Part shown: piece after piece, positions 37,527 to 47,561 of the stretch
How the letters are laid out: every line of letters starts with the position of its first letter
Position numbering within the stretch: the stretch's first letter is position 1
Origin: Chara braunii
Lineage: Eukaryota > Plantae > Charophyceae
Direction: 5' to 3'
Assembly (NCBI GenBank): GCA_003427395.1
Contig: BFEA01000019.1
Coordinates: forward strand, 337,026-401,025
Length of the DNA stretch: 64,000 nt
The notes under the pieces: generated by a model
Database searches by the model: none
Told to the model about the DNA's origin: nothing
The model's input: only the letters and a program-made list of their open reading frames with translations
Program-made: the position numbers and the translations under genes

Positions 37527-38462
37527 TGAAACTCCGACGAAACAGTTTGTCACAGCCCCTTGTTTGTTGTCCTCTTCTCTCTCTCTGCCTACGGTTTACC
37601 GAACAGTTCTGTTTGTGACGATATATATATATTGTCACAAAGTTATCACTTCGTTTTTTTATCTTCTTGCTTACAATTCCCCCTGTTCAGAAGCTCTTGC
37701 GTACGAGGCCGCCCAAGTGGATGTAGGTAGAGCGGCGGCTGCCCCCAACCCCGTGTGTCATATCGACCCACTTGCACACATCCAAAGGGCAAAGAGGCAA
37801 AGAAAAGAGGAAGGAAACAGCTGAACACAACAAAACAGGGGGAAACAAATCCTAGATGACAAGTCCCACATGCAAGCACCGCCCCCACGTCACAGGCCAA
37901 ACGACGGGACAAGACCAACCAGGATATCAAAACACTTTGCCTGCAAAAACAGAAATCAATCTATTGCAACTACCGCCCCCTGTGCTGCCCGGTAAACCAT
38001 AGGCAGAGAGGGAGGGAGAAGAGGACAACGAACGAGGGGCTGTGGCAAACTGTTTCGTCGGAGTTTCACCGACTCATCAGGAGGCTGAACCCTATCCATC
38101 TGGTGTGGGTGAGTGATAGTCTACTTTGGTTTTGGTTAAGGTAGATTATCATTTACAGTGTACTCAGTGAGGGGATTCTGCAGACTGTTGAGGGTTCAGC
38201 CTCCTGATGAGTCGGTGAAACTCCGACGAAACAGTTTGTCACAGCCCCTCGTTTGTTGTCGTCTTCTCTCTCTCTGCCTACGGTTTACCGGGCAGTTCTG
38301 TTTGTGACGATATATATATATCCACGTGGGCGGCCTTGTACGCAAGAGGTTCTGAACAGGGGGAGTTGTAAGGAAGAAGATTAAAAACGAATTTAAGATT
38401 TTTTTGTTTTTTTTGGTTTTTTCGCTTAGGCGCTCTGATATCATGTGACAATATATATATAT
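37527..38462 (+). mobile_element. Retrozyme-like non-autonomous element cluster with hammerhead-bearing direct repeats
   Basis: Direct repeats 37527-37631 and 38216-38321 (689 nt apart); antisense copy 37985-38093; iMet-like PBS on - at 38432-38443. Confidence 0.7.
38169..38250 (+). ncRNA. Type III hammerhead ribozyme
   Basis: cagactGTT / stem I gagg-gttcag-cctc / CTGATGA / stem II gtcgg-tgaaact-ccgac / GAAAC agtttg (stem III); predicted cut after 38189. Confidence 0.9.
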
Positions 38463-39366
38463 NNNNNNNNNNNNNNNNNNNNNNNNNNNNNNNNNNNNNN
38501 NNNNNNNNNNNNNNNNNNNNNNNNNNNNNNNNNNNNNNNNNNNNNNNNNNNNNNNNNNNNNNNNNNNNNNNNNNNNNNNNNNNNNNNNNNNNNNNNNNNN
38601 NNNNNNNNNNNNNNNNNNNNNNNNNNNNNNNNNNNNNNNNNNNNNNNNNNNNNNNNNNNNNNNNNNNNNNNNNNNNNNNNNNNNNNNNNNNNNNNNNAAA
38701 AAAAAAAAAAAGTTTCCAAAAATTCTGAAAAAAAACTATGTCATGCAGAAGAATAAACTAAACAACATTTGCCTCAACAGTACATCCAAATGTCTTACCA
38801 AATTTGAAATAAAAATCAAATACGAAAAATAAATAATATTAATGAAAATAAGAAAAAATAAAACGAGAACGAAATTATTTGCGTGGGCGAGCAAGTTTTT
38901 GACACCGCCATCTTTGGCGATTGTTCATCTTTTTTTGGCTTTGTCAAATGCCATGAAATTTTATACATATGTATCTTACATCATAGAGAACCTAGAAATA
39001 AAGTTTGAAAAAATAATATTTTTTTTCAGGCCCCGAAATAAAGGGAAAACAAAAAGTGAAAAGAGAAAAAAAAAAATTAGTAAGTGGGAAAGCAAGTTTT
39101 GACACCACCATNTTTGCCGATTTTTCATTATTGTTTGGCTGCACAGAATGACTTCAAAATTGAGAGACAGGTAGCTTACATAACAGAGAACTCACAAAAA
39201 ACAAATCAGAAAAAAATAATAATTTTTAGGTACCAAAATAATTTCTTGCGGGGTCCGAACCCCTTCGAGTTCGGGCCCCGTACGGGGACCCGAACGCCCG
39301 AACGTTCGGGGGTCAGCTTAGGGGCCTCCGCACGTTCGGCCTGGCAACTCTATTTGACGATATATA

Positions 39367-39505
39367 GTCACAAACCCCTCGTTTGTTGTCCTCTTCTCTC
39401 TCTCTGCCTACGGTTTACCGGGCAGTTCTGTTTGTGACGATATATATATCTGTTTGTGACTATATATATATATATATATTTGACGATATATATATATATA
39501 TATAT
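39367..39505 (+). repeat. Further truncated copies of the hammerhead-element repeat end, separated by (TA)n
   Basis: cccctcgtttgttgtcc...cagttctgtttgtgacg(at)n, then shorter tgtttgtgac(ta)n and ttgacg(at)n. Confidence 0.8.
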
Positions 39506-39809
39506 GACCAATTGGCAAGCCCACAAAGATAGATCAGAAACATGGATGCAGAGTAGAAGCCAGTGTAGCATGATGAGGAAGCAGTCAAAAGGAAGAAGAA
39601 GGAAGAGAAAGCAAGTTACTGAAAGCCAGGGTAAATAGGCAAGGAGAGAAACTTCAAATTGGAAAAGTTGGAAAACTGTAACAGAAGGATGATGAGAAGC
39701 TGGAAAAGGAAAAGCACAGAATAGCAATGAAGTGCTGCTGCAGTGGTTCACTGGTGATTACCCGGCAGACTGCATGAAGATCGCAAACACTCTTAGACTA
39801 CTGTACTCC

Positions 39810-40295
39810 CATGATGATGATGAAGAAGAAGAAGAAGAAGAAGGAGAAGAAGGAGAAGAAGGAGGAGAAGAAGAAGAAGAAGAAGAAGAAGAAGAAGAAG
39901 AAGAAAGAAGAAGAATATTCAGAAGAAGAAGAAGAAGAAGAAGAAGAAGAAGAACAACAACAACAACAACAACAAGAAGTAGGAGAAGAAGAAGAAGCCG
40001 AAGAAGAAAAATGAAGCTCAAGAAGCAGATGACGCCAAAGGAGAAGTAGAATCAGAAGAGGAAGAAAAGGTATCTGAAGTAGAAGAAGAAGTCAAGGAAG
40101 AATACAAAGGCAAAGAAGATGAAGCCGAAGCCAAAGCCGAAGCCGAAGCCAAAGAAGAAGATGAAGATGAAGACAAAGACAAAGACGAAGACGAAGAAGA
40201 AGACAAAGTGGAAGAAGAAAAAGAAGCTGAAGAAGAAGAAGAAGCTGATGAAGGGAAAAAAAAGAAAAATGCTGATGAAGAAGACGAAGAAGTAT
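39810..40295. repeat. (GAA)n-rich low-complexity tract
   Basis: Trinucleotide repeats visible directly. Confidence 0.9.
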
Positions 40296-40584
40296 TCAGC
40301 AAGTAGCGATGGAATACTGGGTTCTATTGATAAGGTTGAGGCACAAGATGGTGAGGAAGAGGAAAAAAGCAGAGGAACATAGGGAAAGATTTGAGGACAA
40401 CGGTTTGGCAAACGGATGGGTGGGAACAATCCGTAGTAAATCCATTACCTTCGAATTGTTGGAAGTGGTACAGGAAAGCATTCTCCCAGTGGACAGTTCA
40501 ACCACAAGCTCGACTCCTGGTGTGGAATCTAGCATTTTATCGGTATAACACTACAGCAACTTCGAAAACACAGAAGATTGTCCC

Positions 40585-40655
40585 ATCGGGTAGCTCAGCA
40601 GATTTCATGCCTGAGCGGCACCGAGTAGGTGCTGGGTTCAAAACCCGCTGCCGTC
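40585..40655 (+). mobile_element. Possible tRNA-derived SINE head
   Basis: TAGCTCAG A-box-like and GGGTTCAAAACCC B-box-like motifs. Confidence 0.4.
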
Positions 40656-40852
40656 ACTGTCAGTGGCCTGAGGTAGGCGGCCAAGGCCAGAACGACTCTG
40701 GTCAGCGCAGGGGTGAGTAGTGTCATGCTGTAACCTGTAGCTATGCGAGAGCATGAGGCCTGGTAGAGAGATCTGGGAAAGTGGCCCTGAGTTGTCAGCA
40801 GGCGTGGCTCACAGTATGAGGTGGGGAAAAAGGTAATATGCTCAGGTCCTTG

Positions 40853-40886
<34 letters not shown>

Positions 40887-41137
40887 CAGGTCCTACAAAG
40901 TAGCCGGTTGGGACACACCCAAGTGAAACAATGCTGTTCGAATTCTCGCCAGTATCATCTCAGCTGACGTTCACAACATCCATTGCTCTATTGCAATGCC
41001 TTCAGGGTTGAGACCCTACACGGGTATTTAAGAAACATGAAGTCTAACTGCCATTTTGTCAAAACGGACATTTTATATTTTTTGAATGAAATTGAAACCA
41101 TTTTCTGGCTGAAAACTCATGAAATAGCGGGTACGGA

Positions 41138-41278
41138 GTTCCCAAAACGCCCTACCCCCTCGACGTATCTGGACTTAGCAGAAGTCAAAATACATCCAGC
41201 TTGCAAGCCGGAAAACGCCAGATGTGTGTGGACTTCGCTATGTCCAGATACGTTGAGGGGGTAGGGCGTTTTCAGAAC
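41138..41278. mobile_element. Hairpin MITE
   Basis: aaaacgccctaccccctcgacgtatctggac / gtccagatacgttgagggggtagggcgtttt. Confidence 0.75.
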
Positions 41279-41499
41279 ACCTTTTTTTGTTTTTGGGACA
41301 AATGCTCCAGTCTATCCGTGGGGAGCAAAACGTGCTGAGAACTGGGCCCAGCGTCCCATATAGAGTTACACAAGTCATTTGAGATACCGGGGGCATTACC
41401 CGGCTTCGGCTGAGAATCAATCTGAGAACTATTGAGAACTATTGAAGAAATTCAAGAGAATTAAAAAGAGGTTGAAAAACTATGAAGGACTACTGACCT

Positions 41500-42130
41500 C
41501 TTTTCAAATGCTCAGAACCCCTAGACTCCCAAACAAAACTCTCTAAAATTATCCAACACTGTCTTATTCCCTGTCGGGCTCTCCCAGGCCTCACACTCCC
41601 ACTCGGCTAGGTAACAGAGCAACACGACTCGCCCCATCTCCGGCTAGCGTCGTCCCAACAGCAACCCTTGGTTGTCCCTTGGAATGCCCACCCCAAAGCA
41701 TCCCCAGATCTCTCTACCAGGCCTCATGCTCCTGCAGTCAGCACTTTACAGGGCAACACCCCAGCACCGGCCAGCGTCGTTCTGGCATCGAACAACCGCA
41801 GATCCATGAATGTACCAGTATCAAACAGCCTAAAGCGAGTTGCTAGAAGTCGCCAGAATCCTAAAGCATTCTCTTTTTTTTTTTTTGAGAGCATATACAG
41901 AAAAGTAAATAAATTGGGAGACCGGGACTTCAACCCGGCTCTGTCTGAAGAATAAGATCATGAGCAATTACTAGCCTATTCACTGAAGAGAAGTTTTAGA
42001 AGCAAAAATCACCATCACAAAGGTCCTATAAATGCCCAAAACCCTCGGAATCCCTAGCAAATCCTTCTAAAAGTCTCCAACACTGTCTTACTCCCTGCCG
42101 AGCTCTTCCAGGTCTCACACCCCCAACCCC
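41500..42130 (+). repeat. Dispersed repeat family (inverted relatives at ~56630-57000 and ~57280-57700)
   Basis: caacacgactc, aagcatccccagatctctct and acagggcaa motifs shared in reverse complement. Confidence 0.65.
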
Positions 42131-42699
42131 TTCGGAACACCATAACCCCTATTTCATGATTTTTTGGCCAAGAATTGGATTTTCATTTTCGCTCAGAAAA
42201 TATAAAATGTCCGTTCTGATGAAATCGCAGTCGTCTGGAAAAAAACCCGAAAACGAGTCATAACAGACCTGCTGGCCAGCGCTGGAGCAAGGTGGTGCAA
42301 CTCTGTAACCTAGCCTGATGGGAGCATGAGGCCTGGAAGAGCCTCGGTTCGTGCTGAAAACAGCCATGCTGGTGGTGGTCGCAGGTGGACTGAATAGGCT
42401 TCACCTATCTGATTCGTGGTTGGGAGGCTTGTTGACACACATTTTCTGAAGGTTTCTGAGTTTTCTGTTTTCTTCAATTGTTCTTAGCCGAGGCCGGGTA
42501 ATGGCCCCGGTAGCTCTTTTCTGTATTTTGATAAGGGACGCTGGGCCCGCTTCCCAGCCGTGTTGCTCCCCATGAATAGATTGGAGCATCGTCGCACTGC
42601 AAAAAAAAAAAAAAAAAAAAAAAAAACAGACCTTTAACAATCAACAATCATGACATATCATCTACTTGAGATCAATAATAATGATCTGGAATTACCTGG

Positions 42700-43900
42700 G
42701 GCAGGTCATCTGTGGATAATACTGGATATATCTCTAGACTGACGCCCTTTCACAGAAAACAAAAAACAAAGTCAGAAGCCCAGGAAAAAGTGTACGGGTG
42801 GGGTATTCGCTACAGCTTAACTCCCATGAATGTGGGGAAGGTCACAGAAAGGACAACGGACCCTGAACTGAAGACCATCTCTACTTTCCTGGGGCCTCAT
42901 TATGTTTCTGGTGGCTGATTACCGAAAAAAGGACAGACAAAAGAAAAAGAGTAAGCTCATGCATATATGGGACTACACAGTCAAAGGGGGCTACAGGACC
43001 TCAAGGACCGCCCCAACGATCAACCAGACATTGTCCACCAAATGGGCGCGAGACTCGCGCTTGGACACGCAGATGATAGAACCCTGCCTTGGGCTACGCA
43101 TGCCAAGATTATGCCCACGAATTTGAGAGCCCTTCAATGGCAAATTGTCCATCGCTGCCTCCCCACTCCCAACTGGCTGGTGTCTCAAACAGACCTGGAA
43201 CAAAAAGGGTTGTTGTCACCTATATGTGCCTACCGTGGCAGAGCATCCCCGCCAGCCAGGGCAACTCTGGAGCATTGCCTACCGGTCTGCCCTATGGTCA
43301 CCCAATTATGGCAGCGGTAGGATGCAGTCTTCCATTCCCTCACAGGGGTGCCCATCCCATGGGACCTGGGGCTGCTAATACTGGGCAAAAAACAGCACTT
43401 GCAGACGCACTGGTTCCCCTTTGCAACCAACATCTTCTCATACACGAGATTGCACGTCCTCATGCTGGCCTGGAGAGCCAGGTGCTCGTTTGAAAGAAGA
43501 GACCACCAATTCGGTCTGCAGCAAGCCCAACAGGTGATGGAAGAAGAAATCAGGTCCCATACGCAAGAAGCCTGGAAAGCATTCGTACGGGACTACAGGG
43601 AGGAGAAAAATCCCACTGTTAAGGAAACCCTTGAGACAGCTTATCGGCTGCTTTGGCAGGATCCACGCCGAATCTTTTCCGAACTTAATAGCGAGCTTAA
43701 CATTCACTGGAAGCAGTAGAAGACCACAGAGCCTTCATGGCAAAGGAGACCCACCCACTGCTTCCAGGTTCCCTTCTTACAACCTAACTTTGCGCTAGTA
43801 AGATGACACGGCTCCAGCCGAACCTCCCCTCCCCAAAGGGGTTACACTCTCCGGGCACCCCTTACGTCACTGCCCCGGTCCCATCCCATCTTGCTTCCCC
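42700..43900 (+). mobile_element. Degenerate LINE ORF2 C-terminal fragment (zf-RVT)
   Basis: LQWQIVHRCLPT...ATLEHCLPVC, with stops and frameshifts. Confidence 0.8.
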
Positions 43901-44489
43901 CATCCCCCAACTCCCCCCCNNNNNNNNNNNNNNNNNNNNNNNNNNNNNNNNNNNNNNNNNNNNNNNNNNNNNNNNNNNNNNNNNNNNNNNNNNNNNNNNN
44001 NNNNNNNNNNCAATCCTCTTCCCCCCCTTCTTCCCTCCCTCCTCCCCACCCCCCTCCCTGACATGCTAAAGCGAGGAAGGGTTGCGAAGTGGAGCGACTG
44101 CAAATAACAGAATAAAGGGAGACAAAGCTACAAAAGGAAGGAAGAGACACACTGAGAGACCACAATGGCTGGACAGACATTCGTCAGGCATATCGCAGGC
44201 GCGACAGCCAATTCACAATATCAGCCAGTGAAAGATGTTAAATTGCGTAAAAACAGCTGAGACACAAAGAGTGTCAAAGACACCTGGGAGGCTGGGAAGG
44301 GGAGAGGCGCATTTCGGAATGCATAGCCATGTCCCTCTCCTTCCTGGGAGCAGTGACAAGGAGGATCCTCCTCCAATAGAAAACAGGTGACCAATGACAG
44401 AACTGACTGTATGACAATCGACTTGGTTCATAATAATGAGACTGAATGGGACTAAGCAGGGCGCTAGCCAGACTTCTGGGGCCTCTGCT

Positions 44490-44708
44490 TTGACATGCAC
44501 CGATATTCATAACCTAAGGAGCGCTAGCTATGATGAATTTCGGGTCAGTGGCCTATTCAGCAGTCTCATGAAAGACATTAATCTATGGATTGCTGCCTAT
44601 AAGATGCTAGCGCCTAATCCAGGATCCCACGAAGGATCCCACGAAGGCGCGAAGCTAGCGCCTAATCCAGGATCCCACGAAGGATCCCACGAAGGCGCGA
44701 AGCTAGCC
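44490..44708 (+). pseudogene. Fragment resembling the N-terminus of a group II intron RT/maturase, with a 48-bp tandem duplication
   Basis: SGLFSSLMKDINLWIAAYKMLAPNPGS resembles the RT0 LxxAYxxxxxNxGS motif. Confidence 0.5.
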
Positions 44709-44899
44709 TCAATCTACCGGGCTCACAATAATGACATGAGTAGGGATGCTGGATCTGCTCTCCCGAAGGCTCAGCTCCCCGCCAATAAAGAGATATAAAG
44801 CAACTTAGTCTTTCAGCATATTCAGTAAGGGTGGAGGTTGGTGGAAGGGGAGGGTAGCCTGCCTACTTGAATACAGGTCCAACCATAGTTCATAGCAAA

Positions 44900-47482
44900 G
44901 AGAAGAGACTACTGGATGGGTGACTGGGTTCCCTTAGGAGTACCAAGGCAAAAAGGGTACATTAGCACTCAACCCGGGCTATCAGGTAGGCAAATGACTG
45001 AGGATACAGAGCTGCTCTGATTGTCAATTATCCAGCTGGCTGCACTGGCGCCCTAGACCGCTGAGGATAAGCTGGTGCACCCCCTCCAGTGGCTAACGAA
45101 TCAGCATTGGACATGACCAACGGGACACCTCCCCACAAACACTGCCAAATGGGACCTTCGAACGGACCCACTGTGGCGCTCGCTTCTCCAATTATGGAGA
45201 GAAAGAGCCCCGACAGGGCCGGCACAAAACCCAGTCCCCATCAGATACGAGGAGATACGGTGGCAGCCCTTGTTTGGGAACCCGTATATCGTCGACAGGG
45301 CAGGTGGGCCCTTTCACCTCTCAGAGTGGCTCCCCTGGGCAAAGAGAGGAATATATAGTGTGGGTGTTTTGTGCGACAGACAAACACACACATGGCAGAC
45401 TGCAACTGAGATTAAACCTTGCCTGCTGCACGTCTGGAATCTCGAGGAAGGCTTGCACGAACGTCTAGAAGCCAAGTCACTGGCCTGGATTTTGGAGCTC
45501 AAGAAGGGACCCAGGATCGAACAGGGGGACTGCGTCACACCAGCAGAGGATGGGCTGATCTCGATGGCAATATATAAGGTTAACTCGATTGACTTGCTCG
45601 GGGCGAACCTTCAGGCCCATAGACCACAACTGCCACGGGAACGGTGGTCCCGAATCCTTTGGGACGAGGAACTCGACCGCCACGTACCCCTGCATACTCT
45701 GAGGAGGGTTAGAGTATTAGAAGATGACAAGATATAGGCCTGACATATGAGCCATCCAACCCCTTACACGTCCTACCCTTTGACCCGCAAGAATGGGAAT
45801 GGGATTTGGGAGGGGCCCGCAAACTACCCATATGGCAATACACAGTTACGAATGGATAGCACGTAAAACTGTAAACACAGCCCAGGTGAAGTCACGGTGG
45901 GCTCGCGACTTACCCCCCTCGAAGAAGAGGATCTCCAGAGGCTGAACTGGGCTGCCCACTCATGAATTAGACCTATGAATCTGAGAGCTTTGCAATGGCA
46001 GATCATATACAGGTGTCTGCCCACGCCGGACTGGATCACAAGCAGAACAGATTTGGACACACAGGGACTGCTATCTCACTGTGCACGTACTGCAGACGAT
46101 CCATCCCCAAGCAAAGGGTGACATTTGAGCACTGCCTGCTAGACTGCCTGATGTTGGCCCAACTATGGCAATGGTGGGACTCAGCATGGCTGCCATGGCA
46201 CTATCTGACTAACACCCACCTCCCATGGGACCTGAAGACCATCTTGCTAGGGGGAACCCCCTCGCTTGTAGCACAATGGACACCCTTGATGATCAATCTA
46301 TTCAATTACACCCGCCTTCCGCTCCTCCTGACCTCGTGGAGAATACGATGTGCGTATGAACACAGGCAGCACACATATGGATACATGGAGGCCATAATAT
46401 CTATAGTTGACACAATCACAGTGAATACCCATGCTGCCTGGAAGGAACTCGGCAGGATGCTTGCCGCAGAACCAGGTGCAATCAAACAGTGTCATGGTGA
46501 CACGGGCCTCTCAACAAACTTTCGACTAATATGGATCGATAGTGCTGAGAGACTCTGCCAACTGGATCAAACTGACCGCCTTCTCTGGAAACCGGGGCCA
46601 ACCACTGAAAGGCAGTGGGAGCGGTTGCCATGTGATCACTTTGCCGTCCCCTTCCAACCCACCAACTTCACACTGGCCCCTGACTAGAACCCGGCAAAAC
46701 TAACAGGTTACCCTGAAACCCTTGTACCCTTACCCTTATACCCTTAAACCCTTAGACACTTAAAACCTGTCGCTCCCTGCTCCCATTCTCTTCCCTCGCT
46801 CTTTTCTTGCCCGACTCCCCTGCCCTGGCCCTCCCGCAAGTTTGCAGGCCAGGCAAGGATCCCTCCCTATGCAGCAGATGATGGTCAAGTAGGGGAGTAA
46901 GGAGGAACAGCAGAAAGGGCCTCTACCCTTGGGACGAAGAGTAATCATCACTAAGACTGCTCATCATTACACTGGAGACACAGATTGACACAAACAAAAC
47001 TAGTCTTCCACAAACATTCAGAGTACATCGAGAATAGTCGCAATGCATCAACACATTGCATACACACAGCATATACACAGCATATACAGCATACAGACTG
47101 TGTCCATATACATTGCATCCACATCCAGCCACATCCGCTACCCATCCACAATGAGACAGGGGGGGTTGCAGATACCTGGAATTGACCTGAGACTAAGAAA
47201 CTATAGGGGGAAATAGGAGAAGAGGACAGAGCTGGCAGTTTTCCGGGTGGGGACTTCCCCATGGGAAAGATAGTGCTCCAGGCTACAAACTCATATGGCC
47301 ACAGTCCCAACAAACACCATGATGAGATGATGTATCTAAGGGGCGCTGGACCCAGTTTCCAGCAGGTGACACTCCCCATCAAGAGATGGAGCAGCTCAAC
47401 ACGCAAAGCCTCAATTCCGGTGGTTCTCTTACCACCACCGGGATAGAGGCCTTGGCTTTCCGGAAAAAAAAAAAAAAAAAAA
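44900..47482 (+). mobile_element. Degenerate LINE 3' half with zf-RVT, long 3' UTR and poly(A)
   Basis: LFGNPYI..., LQWQIIYRCLPT, VTFEHCLLDC; poly(A) 47464-47482; left boundary approximate. Confidence 0.8.
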
Positions 47483-47561
47483 AGGATGGTCTGGGTTTTC
47501 CTAGCTCCTGGAGTTTTTACTGGCGGATCATAGCAGAGAACTGAGAGGGTATATTTTAACC

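Noticed and set aside
37985-38093. An active minus-strand hammerhead (ambisense, viroid-style)
   Set aside because: The core is present, but the upstream stem III strand and NUH triplet are missing (gatggat precedes stem I)
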